The notes: generated by a model not told the origin, from the letters alone. Numbered from the stretch's first letter, positions 19,605 to 29,695 are shown. The stretch is 64,000 nucleotides of DNA from Desulfobacterales bacterium (GCA_963668645.2 CAXXWC010000018.1:544001-608000); one strand, 5' to 3'. Translations and numbers: made by a program.

Positions 19605-19622
19605 AGATAACAAGGCAAATTC
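19605..19622 (+). other. Left part of attC site 6, broken by the intron remnant
   Basis: AGATAAC complements GTTATCT (18947); followed by AAGGCAAATTC and then intron-like sequence. Confidence 0.75.
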
Positions 19623-20115
19623 TCGCGCCCAGCGAAGCCCGAATCGTTGGGAATCTCCATAAGGAGGTGAAATTCGGTATTGTTACCTAGTAGGTGAAAG
19701 TCCTACCTGAGCAAAGCGTAGCCGGCAGCTCAGTAGTGAAATCCACGGGCAAGCCTGGAAACGGGAGTCCGGAGCTGGATGGATCGAGGGTGCAGGGTCT
19801 GTATTGAGCCCCGAAAAATGTATAATTGCGGACCGAGAAGATAAATCCTGCCACGCAGGAGGAAAGCCGACGTACTGAAGTATGCGGAAGGCAGTAAACC
19901 CGTACGCGTCATGGCAAGTGTGCGAGGTTTCCACCGGGGTCTGGTATCCGCTTGAGTAAGGGTAGCTCGCCCGGCATTGACCAGATTACGGCCAAGCAAT
20001 ACGCGGAGCATCTGGTGGAAAACGTACATGACCTGCACCAGCGGCTACGTAGCGGCCGTTATCGGGCCTTACCGGTCAAACACGTCTGGATCGACAAGGA
20101 AAACGGGAAGAGGAG
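19623..20115 (+). mobile_element. Truncated group II intron (5' RNA domains plus a fragment of the RT N-terminus)
   Basis: GCGCCC start, GGTGAAAGTCC, GAGCCCCGAAA, GGAAGGCAG, CACCGGGGTC; peptide SPGIDQIT...LRSGRYRALPVKHVWIDKENGKRR. Confidence 0.85.
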
Positions 20116-20259
20116 ATGGAGTTGGCAAGGGCTTATCGGAATTTTGTTCCAGGCCAGATCTATCATGTGATCCATCGATGTCACAAGCGGGAATTCTTTC
20201 ATGGTTGGAAAAAAGGCAAAAAGGAGGCATCTTGGCATCTCCACAATTGATTGCGAAAA

Positions 20260-20335
20260 TCGAGTCAAAAGAACCGACTCTTCGGCTTGCTGTCCTAATT
20301 GACGCTGATAATGCACAAGCAGCGGTTGTTGAAAA
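20260..20335 (+). pseudogene. NYN (LabA/DUF88) domain fragment
   Basis: LRLAVLIDADNAQ motif with nothing NYN-like after it. Confidence 0.55.
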
Positions 20336-20463
20336 AGAAACCGATCTCTTTGTCACGGAAGAGCGAAAAACACCAGGGTCGAAGCAGATGGTTTTGTACA
20401 TTCGTGCCAAGTAGAACGAATTGCTATTGGTTTTCAATGTAACCCACTAAATGTGAGTTAAAA

Positions 20464-20820
20464 ATGTCTATGAAAAAGACAAGTGGTTTCGTCTTGCTAA
20501 TTTTGTTTTTGGTGTTGATTCATGTGGCAGGGTTTGTCAGGCTTAGTACAACAGCCATACATAGCGAGGCGGCCTCAAGACTCGGGCTGTGGGAAAGAAC
20601 AAAAGGCTATTCAACTGTGGCTGACGGAAGAAAAATCGATACGGAAAAAGCGTATTTAGATTATATCCAGGTCGGGCCGATCAAAATCAAAAACTTCCAG
20701 GTATCTATAATCAACTATTCAGGCAATAACGATAACTATACGGGCCTTTTGGGTATGAATTTTTTAAAAATGGTCGGGTACACTATCGACTATTCAAGGC
20801 AAGTTATTAAATGGGAATAA
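20464..20820 (+). pseudogene. Retropepsin-like aspartic protease with internal deletion
   Basis: VADGR and GLLGMNFL present, catalytic DTGA absent. Confidence 0.55.
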
Positions 20821-20821
20821 T

Positions 20822-21043
20822 ATGTTTGAAAAGCCGGAACGTTCGTATATTTTATGGGCCAGCATTGAGGCACTTTTCATCGCTCTCGGCGCTGAAATTT
20901 CTGAAGGCAGTGGGTCTCGTGTCCGGATTGCTCTAAATGAGGTGCGAGCTGTTTTCCATAGACCGCACCCGACCAAAGTAACAAACAAGGGCACCGTTAA
21001 ATCTGTAAAGAGGTTTTTGCAAGAAGCGGGGGTAACACCATGA
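20822..21043 (+). CDS. hicA: HicA toxin (possibly 5'-truncated)
   Basis: EGSGSRVRI...FHRPHP. Confidence 0.85.
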   Translation: MFEKPERSYILWASIEALFIALGAEISEGSGSRVRIALNEVRAVFHRPHPTKVTNKGTVKSVKRFLQEAGVTP

Positions 21044-21384
21044 TGGAATATAAAGGATATTTTGCAAAGGTCGAATTTGATGATGAAGCCAATATCTTCC
21101 ATGGCGAGATCATCAATTTAAGGGACGTCATCACTTTTGAGGGTGAGACTGTGGATGAATTACGAACTGCATTGGTTGACTCTGTTGAAGACTATCTCGC
21201 GTTTTGTAAAGAACGTGGAGAAGAACCTGACAAGCCCTATTCAGGAAAATTTCTGGTTCGTGTTGAACCGGAATTACATAAAACGCTCGTTATTCAGGCC
21301 AGAAAAAACGGTAAGAGTCTAAATGCATTAGTCCATGATGCACTTTTAAAGGAAGTAAAAACAACAACCAACAACAGACTGTAG
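21040..21384 (+). CDS. hicB: HicB antitoxin
   Basis: MEYKGY...SVEDYLAFC..PDKPYSGKFLVR...SLN. Confidence 0.92.
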   Translation: MMEYKGYFAKVEFDDEANIFHGEIINLRDVITFEGETVDELRTALVDSVEDYLAFCKERGEEPDKPYSGKFLVRVEPELHKTLVIQARKNGKSLNALVHDALLKEVKTTTNNRL

Positions 21385-21539
21385 CAGCCCCACCGGGGCT
21401 GGGCGGCCTTGGCAGAGCGAAAATTGGTGCTAAATCACATTTTTGGCGCGAAAAATGTGATGATCTTCACATCATTTGACTGAAAGCCTGGCGTGAGAGA
21501 GACGCGCGACTCGTCCATCGTGTGACCGCAGTGGGGAAA

Positions 21540-21874
21540 GATCAACTTCCGTTCAACGAATACGAGGGGCTTTCGTAGAAAACGATGTTGCCCAGCAGCT
21601 TGCCGCATGCCCAAATGGCGGCCTGTACTACTGGCGCAGCAGGGGAGGGCGGGCTGAAATCGATTTTTAGATCGAAAACGGCGACCGGATATTTCCACTG
21701 GAAGTCAAAACCGGCATCAATCCGAAAAGCAAGAGCCTCAGGTCTTACGAGGAACAGTATTCTCCGACGGCCCTGTTGCGATCCAACCTTCTTAATTTTC
21801 ACCGGGACGGGAAAATACGAAACATTCCGCTCTACGCCCTATCGCAATTGCCAAGGCTCCTGGATATAATTTAA
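21540..21874 (+). pseudogene. AAA ATPase/DUF4143 family C-terminal fragment
   Basis: FVENDVAQQL..YYWRS..AEIDF*IE..FPLEVK..IPLY with an in-frame TAG. Confidence 0.7.
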
Positions 21875-21915
21875 AAATCGTTCCAAGCGTTCGGATATTT
21901 TGAGATTTTTCCCAG

Positions 21916-22731
21916 TCACACATTGGACTCGTGCTTATCGGCCAGCATCCCGGCCCGGTAGGCTCTGAGGTAATGCATGCAAAAGGCGTCACGGCCGGCC
22001 AGTGCTTCAGCGGTTTTGATGTTGGCCATCATCTTGCGATCGAGAGGATTGATGATGGCGCCGTCCAAACCGCAGGCGATGGCCATGGTCATGAAGGTTT
22101 GGTTGAGAAAGGCACGTTCAGGGAGGCCATAACTGATGTTGGACAGGCCGCAGGCCGTATGAATTCCCGGAAATGCCGCCATGATTCTGCCGACGGCGTC
22201 GAGGAATTCGACCCCAAAGCGGTCGTTGACGCTGAGAGGCTGCACAAGCGGATCGACATGGATCGCGTCCAGGGAGAGTCCTGCAGCGGTAAGCTGGTTT
22301 ACCAGTTGATCGGCGATGGCCATCCGCTCCGCCACGGTCCGGGGCATACCGTTGTCACTCATGCAAAGGGCGATCACTTTGCAGTCGGTGGCCGCGACCA
22401 GCGGCAGCATCGCCTCATAGCGCCCCTTTTCGAGGCTGATCGAGTTGATCATCGGCGTGCCGCGATGGACGGACAAGGCGGCCTCGACAGCCCCGGGGGC
22501 GGGACTGTCGATGGCGCAGGGCTTGTCTGTCACCTGTTGAACGGTCTTGACCAGCCAGCACAACAGTTCAGCCTCGTTGTCGACGAAAACGCCGGCATTG
22601 ACATCGATATAGTCGGCACCGGCCTCATCCTGGTCCCGGGCGACGCGCTGAATCACATCACGATCCCGGGTTTCGATGGCCTGGCGGATCACCTTGCGGC
22701 TGGCGTTGATCAGTTCTCCGATGATAATCAT
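21916..22731 (-). CDS. Methyltetrahydrofolate:corrinoid methyltransferase (AcsE/MT2-like, pterin-binding)
   Basis: IIGELIN, IDVNAG, AIDS, INSISLE, GLSNISYGLP. Confidence 0.92.
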   Translation of the reverse strand: MIIIGELINASRKVIRQAIETRDRDVIQRVARDQDEAGADYIDVNAGVFVDNEAELLCWLVKTVQQVTDKPCAIDSPAPGAVEAALSVHRGTPMINSISLEKGRYEAMLPLVAATDCKVIALCMSDNGMPRTVAERMAIADQLVNQLTAAGLSLDAIHVDPLVQPLSVNDRFGVEFLDAVGRIMAAFPGIHTACGLSNISYGLPERAFLNQTFMTMAIACGLDGAIINPLDRKMMANIKTAEALAGRDAFCMHYLRAYRAGMLADKHESNV

Positions 22732-23369
22732 ACTTTCTCCAAAGATTCGGGTTCCAACAGGTTGCGGGCAACGCGCACGGCCCCTGGGGCGTCTTCGCTA
22801 AACCCGGCAGCGCCGATCTGTTCGGCAAATGCCCGGGTAATGGGAGCACCGCCGACGATGGTGCGGGTCAAGCCGGCATCGCTGAGGGAGGCCACGGTTT
22901 CGCGCATGGCCGGCATCGTCGTCGTCAGCAACGCGGAAAGCGCGATGATATCGGCATGATGCTCTCTGGCCGCCGCTACAAAAGTCGCCGCATCGACGTC
23001 GACGCCGAGGTCGATGACGGTGAAACCACCGCCTTCCAGCATCATTGCCACCAGGTTCTTGCCGATGTCGTGCAAATCCCCCTTGACCGTGCCGATGACC
23101 ACTGTACCCTGCGACTTGGCGGTGGTGGCCTTGAGGTCGGGGGCCAGCACATTCAGGCCGGCCTTCATCACCTGGGCGGCCAGCAGCATTTCAGGGACGA
23201 ATATCTCCCCCTCGGAAAACCGTCTGCCCACTTCGTCCATGGCGTCGATCAGCCCGCCGGCAAGGATATCCGCTGCCGGGAGGCCCGTTGCCAGCGCGCC
23301 GGCGACCCTCTCTTTCACCTGCGCTTCGTCATAGGCGAGGATACCGTCGCGTATCGATTCTAGTGACAT
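22728..23369 (-). CDS. Corrinoid (B12-binding) protein
   Basis: GTVKGDLHDIGKNLV, SALLTTT. Confidence 0.95.
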   Translation of the reverse strand: MSLESIRDGILAYDEAQVKERVAGALATGLPAADILAGGLIDAMDEVGRRFSEGEIFVPEMLLAAQVMKAGLNVLAPDLKATTAKSQGTVVIGTVKGDLHDIGKNLVAMMLEGGGFTVIDLGVDVDAATFVAAAREHHADIIALSALLTTTMPAMRETVASLSDAGLTRTIVGGAPITRAFAEQIGAAGFSEDAPGAVRVARNLLEPESLEKV

Positions 23370-23398
23370 GCTTTTCTTCTTTCTCCATACGGGTTGGG

Positions 23399-24550
23399 CT
23401 ACACATCCGCGGCGATGGGATAGCGGCCGAATGTCCTGACCGAATCAAACAGGGACAGAACGTTCTGCGGCGGTACGTCCGCCTGGATGTTGTGCACGGC
23501 CCCGGCCACCAAGCCGCCGCCGGGGGCCATCTCCCGGATCAGATGGCGAACTTCATTTTTCACGTCCTCGGCGGTGCCCAAGGGGAGCACCTGCTGGGAG
23601 TCGACGCCGCCCCAAAAAACGATGCGATCACCAAAGGCCTTCTTGAGACGGGCCGGATCCATTCCGGCGGCCCGAATCTGCACCGGATTCAGGATGTCGA
23701 TACCGACTTCGATAAAGTCCTCAATGAGGGCGCTTACCGCACCGCAACTATGGTAGAAGATCTTGGCCGGAGTCAGACTGCGGATCTTCTCTACGGCCCT
23801 GGCCTGCCGGGGCTTGATAAAGCGACGATAGTGAGCCGGCGACATCAGGGTCGTCTTCTGGCCGCCCAGGTCACCGCCCTGGACCACGACGTCCAGATAC
23901 TGGCCGCAGGCCGACAGTACGTGGTCGAGAAAGTCGAGGTGGATGGTCGACGTTTTCTCCAAAAGGGCCTCGACGAAGGCGGGGTTCACGAGCATGTCCA
24001 TGTAGAATGCCTCCATACCCCGCAGCTTCCAGGCGCGCTCGAACCACGTCTCCCAGGCGAAGTCGCCGATAACGGCATACTGGCCGGCTTCGGCCAGACT
24101 GCGCGCCCGCTCGGTGATACCGTCCAGATAGCCAGGATCTCGTGGGTCCGGCCAGGGATATCGCTCCAAATCGTCGATGGTCGCCTTGGCCAACGGGGAA
24201 TCGACCAGATTGAAGTACAGAGACGATTCGGGCTTGAGAAAGCCGCAGCCCCATTCATCCCGAACATGGAGTCCCCTGTCGGTTGCCTGGGGATTGAACC
24301 GCCAGCGGTGGGGTCTGCCGGGGTAGACGTAGCGGGTGTCTACACCGAGCCGCTGCAGCACATCCTCTTCGGGCGCCACATTTTGCCGCAGCCAGTCAAA
24401 CACCTCACGGTGACGGTCGATTCCGAGATGTTTCAGCAACCGGTTGTAGCTGACTTCAGAAATGGTCGTGACCCAGCCGCCCAGATCCAGGGGAACCCGG
24501 TCGGGTTCCCGGTGGTTCAAGGCGGTCAACACGCGTTCTTTCGAGTTCAT
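23399..24550 (-). CDS. UroD/MtaA-family methyltransferase (substrate:corrinoid MT1-like)
   Basis: EPDRVP, DEWG, YHSCG, LNPVQ, FWGGVD, HNIQ. Confidence 0.88.
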   Translation of the reverse strand: MNSKERVLTALNHREPDRVPLDLGGWVTTISEVSYNRLLKHLGIDRHREVFDWLRQNVAPEEDVLQRLGVDTRYVYPGRPHRWRFNPQATDRGLHVRDEWGCGFLKPESSLYFNLVDSPLAKATIDDLERYPWPDPRDPGYLDGITERARSLAEAGQYAVIGDFAWETWFERAWKLRGMEAFYMDMLVNPAFVEALLEKTSTIHLDFLDHVLSACGQYLDVVVQGGDLGGQKTTLMSPAHYRRFIKPRQARAVEKIRSLTPAKIFYHSCGAVSALIEDFIEVGIDILNPVQIRAAGMDPARLKKAFGDRIVFWGGVDSQQVLPLGTAEDVKNEVRHLIREMAPGGGLVAGAVHNIQADVPPQNVLSLFDSVRTFGRYPIAADV

Positions 24551-24598
24551 TGAAATGCCTCTTTCGTGCAAAACAGGGGCGGTGCTCATGCCGGGAAA

Positions 24599-25882
24599 TT
24601 ATCCAAATACCAGGTCCGGCAACCAGAGCACGAGTTGGGGGATATAGGTGATGAGGAACATCGAGACCATCAAGGGCACCAAAAAGGGCCAGATCGCCTT
24701 GACCACCTCCGAGACCTGCATGTCGGCCAGGTCAGCCAGAACATAGAGCCCGACGCCGAACGGCGGGGTCAGAAAGCCGATGCAGACGTTGAGCACTTCA
24801 ACCACTCCCCAGTGCAGCAGATCGATCTGGTAGGCCTGCAGAACCGGCAGAATCATCGGGGTAAAGACAAGGATGATGGCGCAGATGTCGAAAAAGCATC
24901 CGGCCAGCAAAAAAACGAGGTTCAGGATCAAAAGGACGATCCACTGCTGGTCCGTAGCGCCCATGATCAGGTCGCGGAGCAGCAGCGGCACGTTCTCCAT
25001 GGTGACGATCCATCCGAAGACCGACGCCGCTCCCATGACAACCAGGATGAGCGCGGTGGTCAGGGCCGAGCCGACCACCATCGGCAGAAGGTCGCCAAGG
25101 CGCAGGGTCCGGTAGACGAAAAAAGAGATGATAAAGGCGTAGACCACGGCGACCACGGCGGCCTCGGTCGGGGTGAAAACGCCGGAAATGATCCCGCCAA
25201 GGATGATCAAGGGCGTCAGCAGGGCCCAGAAGCTGCGTTTGAAGCGCAGGATGATCTCGCCGATCGGCGCGCGCTTGGGATCAAAGGGATAACCGCGGCG
25301 GATCGAGATGATGTACACCGCCAGCATGATCGCGACGCCCATGACGACACCGGGAATGGCACCGCCGACAAATAGCCGCCCTACAGACTGCTCGGCGATC
25401 ATGGCATAGAGAATCATCTGGATCGAGGGCGGCATGATGGGGCCGATGATCGAGCTGGCCCCGGTGACCCCGACAGCGAACTTCTTGTCGAAGCCGGCGT
25501 TGGTCATCATCGGAATTTCGATGCGACCGAGGCCGGCGGTGTCGGCGGTAATCGACCCCGACATGCCGGCAAAAATCATCGATGCAACGACATTGACATG
25601 CCCCAGGCTGCCGCGGATATGCCCCACCAGGCTGCGGGCAAAGCCGAACATCTCCTCGGCGATCTTCCCGGAGCTCATGATGTCGGCAGCGAGGATATAG
25701 AGTGGCAGCGCGATGAGCGAGAAAATCTCCAGGCTGCCCAGCATGCGGTGGGCGAGGATGACCATCGGGATCGGCTTTAAAAAAAGGACGTACACCAGAC
25801 TCGGTATCAGTAACGAGAACACCACCGGTACCCGCATGGCCATAAGCAGAAGGAGCAGACCGATCAAAATGAGCGCGTTCAT
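24599..25882 (-). CDS. dctM: TRAP transporter large permease
   Basis: FAGMSGS, IMPPSI, FTPTEA, TPPFG. Confidence 0.95.
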   Translation of the reverse strand: MNALILIGLLLLLMAMRVPVVFSLLIPSLVYVLFLKPIPMVILAHRMLGSLEIFSLIALPLYILAADIMSSGKIAEEMFGFARSLVGHIRGSLGHVNVVASMIFAGMSGSITADTAGLGRIEIPMMTNAGFDKKFAVGVTGASSIIGPIMPPSIQMILYAMIAEQSVGRLFVGGAIPGVVMGVAIMLAVYIISIRRGYPFDPKRAPIGEIILRFKRSFWALLTPLIILGGIISGVFTPTEAAVVAVVYAFIISFFVYRTLRLGDLLPMVVGSALTTALILVVMGAASVFGWIVTMENVPLLLRDLIMGATDQQWIVLLILNLVFLLAGCFFDICAIILVFTPMILPVLQAYQIDLLHWGVVEVLNVCIGFLTPPFGVGLYVLADLADMQVSEVVKAIWPFLVPLMVSMFLITYIPQLVLWLPDLVFG

Positions 25883-26388
25883 GGCTCAGTCCTCTTCTCT
25901 GGAAATCGGGGCCCCCCCCGATCGAACAGGGTCCGCAGGCCCCGGGCGACCCGCTGAAACTGGAAAAACGCCATCCCGGCAAAGCCCGCAATCATGGCGG
26001 CACCGTACCAGAACTCGGACATCCGCAGCGCCGGGGTGGTACTCATCGACAGCCGGTTGGACAACCGCCAGCTCAGCCAGAGCATCACCACAATCATTCC
26101 CAGCACCAGGATGTCCCCCAGCAGGCAGACCATGCGGGCCAGGGGTGGCGGAAGCTGGTCAGTGACGACGGTGATCGCCACGTTCTTGTCGTCGCGCACC
26201 AGGAGAATGCCCCCCAGAAAAGTGATCCAAATGAGGGCGAGTACCACTACCTCCTCGGCCCAGAACAACGGAGCATTGAACAGGTAGCGCAAAATGACGC
26301 CGATCAGCAGGATCAGGACGATGGCACCGGTGCTAAAACCGATGACCCACTCGATGGTGCAGCTGACGATGCGATTGAGGTGAGACAT
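25879..26388 (-). CDS. dctQ: TRAP transporter small permease
   Basis: VILRYLFNAPLFWAEE; four TM helices. Confidence 0.92.
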   Translation of the reverse strand: MSHLNRIVSCTIEWVIGFSTGAIVLILLIGVILRYLFNAPLFWAEEVVVLALIWITFLGGILLVRDDKNVAITVVTDQLPPPLARMVCLLGDILVLGMIVVMLWLSWRLSNRLSMSTTPALRMSEFWYGAAMIAGFAGMAFFQFQRVARGLRTLFDRGGPRFPEKRTEP

Positions 26389-26419
26389 AGCCCCTCCCTT
26401 GCCCCCCTGTGGTCATACA

Positions 26420-26447
26420 CCCTCCGGCGCAACCGGGTGCCGGAGGG
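26420..26447 (-). terminator. GC-rich hairpin between dctP and dctQ
   Basis: CCCTCCGGCGC-loop-GTGCCGGAGGG. Confidence 0.5.
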
Positions 26448-26460
26448 CGTTTCATGCAGG

Positions 26461-27435
26461 CTACTGCTTGTTAAGCTTCTTGAGCAGTCCCGCGGTCCAA
26501 AGACCGGACTGTTCGAGTTCGCCGTGGATGGCACGAGCGGCCTTGACCCACTTTGGCCGGTCGCCCTCTTTGAAGACGACCCCGGCCTTTTCCATTGTGG
26601 CCTGTGCCTCTTTTTCCATGCCCCGGCCAAAGTCCACGAACCAGTCGGCCGACTCTTGCGACGCTTCGCTCAGGGCCTTTTGATGCGAGGGGTTCAGGGT
26701 CGCCCATTTCATTTCCGAAATCCAGGTCACGTCGTACAGTTGCATGAAATCAAGCTTGGTACAGTAGTTCAACTGCTCGTAGAACTTTTCGTCGCGGACC
26801 TGGACAATGTTGTGGACCATCCCGTTGACCACCTTCTGGGACAGCGACAAATAGACATCGCCCCAGGCGAGCGGGACGGCTGTGGCGCCCAGGCCGTTCC
26901 ATGTGTCGACCAGGGCCTTTGACTGCCATACGCGCAGCTTGATACCGTTGAGTTGGTCTGGAGTCAGAATCTGGACCTTTTGTGTCCACAGGTGGAAGGC
27001 GGGCCGGAAGGCAAACCCTGGCAGGGTGCGAATACCAGTTTTTTTCCGTGTGCGTTCACGCACTTCCTGGATATAGGTATTTGACTTGAGCTCTTCCCGC
27101 GAGAACATGAACGGCGTGCCGAAGATGGCGTAGTCCTTGTCAAAAGCGTCCATGAAGCTCTCGGATTCCTGGGCCATATCGATGGTGCCCAGGGAAAGCC
27201 CCTGAAGGATTTCCTTGATGTTGCCGAGCTGCTGCGCCGGATAGATCTCCACCTTGACCTGGTTGCCTGTTTTGGCCGCCACCAGTTCGGCAAACTTCTG
27301 CGCGCGCTGATCGAGCATACCGCCGGGGGCGGTGATATGGGCCAGCTTCAGGACGACCTGTTCTGCCGCCGGCGCCGGGCCAGCGGCAAGGCCGGCGATC
27401 AAAACCGCGGCCAGCGTCATTGCCATTTTTTTCAT
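26461..27435 (-). CDS. dctP: TRAP transporter substrate-binding protein
   Basis: Signal peptide, IYPAQQLG, LNGIKLRV; start MKKMAM after AGGAG. Confidence 0.93.
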   Translation of the reverse strand: MKKMAMTLAAVLIAGLAAGPAPAAEQVVLKLAHITAPGGMLDQRAQKFAELVAAKTGNQVKVEIYPAQQLGNIKEILQGLSLGTIDMAQESESFMDAFDKDYAIFGTPFMFSREELKSNTYIQEVRERTRKKTGIRTLPGFAFRPAFHLWTQKVQILTPDQLNGIKLRVWQSKALVDTWNGLGATAVPLAWGDVYLSLSQKVVNGMVHNIVQVRDEKFYEQLNYCTKLDFMQLYDVTWISEMKWATLNPSHQKALSEASQESADWFVDFGRGMEKEAQATMEKAGVVFKEGDRPKWVKAARAIHGELEQSGLWTAGLLKKLNKQ

Positions 27436-27978
27436 CACTTCTCCTCCTCGTGTTGGGATGATGTTTGGGGGGGCATACGGCCGCAGAGGCCGTGCAATGG
27501 GGAGTCGACACCACACCTTGGAAAGACGATTCAACCACACTGAACAAACGAGGGCCTGAAGGGGAAAAAATATCGCGTTGAGCAAAGGGAGGGGGAACGA
27601 TCGTTGCATTGGAAAAAGTGAATAAAATTAGTTTGGTTATTGCAATATGTTCAATATATTTTAACCTTATTGGATTTTGTACGTTATAGATTAACATCTG
27701 TCAAGCTTTTCTTTCACTTTTTTTGCCATTGCCGTGCGGTCATGACCGGACCGTGCGGCAGGGTGGGACAGGGGACGCCGCCAAAACATATAACCACTCA
27801 ATATCATATTAATAAATCATCAAATAAGACGAGGCTGGAGGTATGATGGATCGTAGACTTCCGCCGCAGATGGCAGTCCGTACGGGCTGCTCCATGCGAA
27901 AGGGATTGTCGGGGGGGCATGGGTTGTGTTAAGCAGGCATGAATTTAAATCGGCCGGTGAATCGAGGCACCCGCAAAA

Positions 27979-28572
27979 GTGCCGACACAACCATTTACTG
28001 TATCACTTCAGGGCATTTCAGGCAGGATCTTGGATCTTTGCTCCCGCATACGCAACCTGCGCAAGCTCAAACGGCTGTCTTTGCGGGACATGGCGAAGGA
28101 TTGCGGCGTTTCCTCCAGCATGCTCAGTCAGGTCGAGAACGGCAAGGTAGACCCTTCACTGTCGACCCTGCGCAAGATCGCCATCGCACTGGAGGTGCCG
28201 CTTTTTTATCTGGTCATGGAAGAAGCCGATGGCGGTGGCAGGCTGATCCGTAAAGAGAATCGGCGCCGCATTTCGTTTCATAAAAGCGGCCTGGAATACG
28301 AAATCATCCACTCGGATCCCGGGAAAAAAATTGCGGTCATGATCGGCACCCTGCAACCGGGGGGCGCCACCAGCAAAGATCCGCTGCCCCATGAGGGCGA
28401 GGAGTGCCTGATCGTTCTCGATGGCCGCCTGCGGGTGGAAATTTCACTCGAAGCGGTGGATCTGGATAAAGAGGACAGCTTTTACTTTGATTCCTCCATC
28501 CCCCATCGTCTGACCAACACGGGCAGCGAAGCCTGCCGTTTTTATCTCATCATTACCCCTCCAAAGTTCTAG
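27979..28572 (+). CDS. XRE-family HTH + cupin regulator, divergent from the TRAP operon
   Basis: LSQVENGKVDPSLSTL; HEGEE...FDSSIPH. Confidence 0.9.
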   Translation: MPTQPFTVSLQGISGRILDLCSRIRNLRKLKRLSLRDMAKDCGVSSSMLSQVENGKVDPSLSTLRKIAIALEVPLFYLVMEEADGGGRLIRKENRRRISFHKSGLEYEIIHSDPGKKIAVMIGTLQPGGATSKDPLPHEGEECLIVLDGRLRVEISLEAVDLDKEDSFYFDSSIPHRLTNTGSEACRFYLIITPPKF

Positions 28573-28619
28573 CAGCGGGCAACGGGGTCGCTGTTTTGCA
28601 GCCAAGTACACTGACGGCA

Positions 28620-28950
28620 GGACCGAGATAGATTACTCGACTTTCGGGATTCGAATTGAGATGCGGCATTCGTCAACGCCACGGTTACGGCGTTCGCTCT
28701 TTGATACAGACGATTTTCACGTTGCCGTTCGTCGGTCGAAATTTCTTCCGTGGCATCACCGTCAACGACGAACTTGCTTTCGGCAAGGATGCCCCTACCC
28801 CAGGCAATGAAAGCAACGACCTGCAACTGGCGCAAACTGATGCTGATACTGGCCGCACGGCTGTTTACCGTATTCGACCGCCTTACGGGTCAAAAACGAG
28901 AATCGGTGTTGATCATCGACGACAGCCCCTACGATCGCTCCCGATCCAAT
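28620..28950 (+). pseudogene. IS4-like DDE transposase fragment
   Basis: Frameshifted GIRQRHG..IFTLPF and NWRKL..VLIIDDSPYDRSRS. Confidence 0.65.
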
Positions 28951-29056
28951 ATACGTTGATGGCTTCAGGGATCGGATCGATCAGGCTTGACGAAACTTTA
29001 TGCGCGTTATACCTTTGTTGAAACATTGTTGGAACTCTAAGCCGCCGGAGGCTGTC

Positions 29057-29284
29057 ATGATCAAGACTCTGACCAAACACGGCAACAGCCTGGCGCTGGT
29101 GATCGAAAAGCCGATTCTGGAGCTTCTCGGGGCCGACGTGGATACCCCCTTCGACGTGACCACCGATGGGCAGGTGTTGATTCTTTCGCCCATCAAGGAT
29201 GCCGGCCGCAGCGAAGCGTTCAAGGCTGCTCTCGACAAAGTCAACACCCGCTACCCCAGGGCCCTGAAGAAACTGGCGCAATAA
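29057..29284 (+). CDS. AbrB/MazE-type antitoxin
   Basis: KHGNSLALVIEKPIL; GGAGG RBS. Confidence 0.9.
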   Translation: MIKTLTKHGNSLALVIEKPILELLGADVDTPFDVTTDGQVLILSPIKDAGRSEAFKAALDKVNTRYPRALKKLAQ

Positions 29285-29287
29285 GCC

Positions 29288-29671
29288 ATGACGTTTCTCA
29301 CTTTGACCGAGGTGCTGGAGATCCACAAGGATCAGGTGGCACGGTATGGTGGTGCCAGCGGAATCCGGGATATCGGGTTGCTGAAGTCCGCCCTCGGCAT
29401 GCCGCCGGCCGCTTATGGCGGCCAGTTTCTGCACACCGATATTTTCGAGATGGCCGCTGCCTATCTCTTTCACCTGGCCAAGAATCATCCCTTCTTTGAT
29501 GGCAACAAGCGGGTCGGCGCGGTGGCGGCGCTAGTGTTTCTGGCCCTGAACGGCTATGACTTCGATGCGACGCAAGATGCATTTGCCGAGATGGTTATGG
29601 CCGTGGCCCGGGGCGAACTCGGCAAGGCTGAAGTAGCCGTTTTTATCCGCCGCTGGAGCCGGAAGCTATAG
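29288..29671 (+). CDS. doc: Doc/Fic toxin
   Basis: HPFFDGNKR. Confidence 0.93.
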   Translation: MTFLTLTEVLEIHKDQVARYGGASGIRDIGLLKSALGMPPAAYGGQFLHTDIFEMAAAYLFHLAKNHPFFDGNKRVGAVAALVFLALNGYDFDATQDAFAEMVMAVARGELGKAEVAVFIRRWSRKL

Positions 29672-29695
29672 CCTTGGGTTCTCGCTGGAGGACGT

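Larger units (their letters stand above)
2722..19622 (+). mobile_element. Integron gene-cassette array (at least 6 cassettes), no adjacent intI
   Basis: All cassette genes on +, AT-richer than the flanks. Start/end pairs: TTGGGC/GCCCAAC, TTAGGC/ACCTAAC (one mismatch), TTGGGC/GCCCAAC, TTAAAT/ATTTAAC, TTATGC/GCATAAC, TTATCT/AGATAAC. Confidence 0.9.

Noticed and set aside
21931..24553. Plus-strand ORFs of 342 and 421 aa
   Set aside because: Antisense shadows of the methyltransferase genes.
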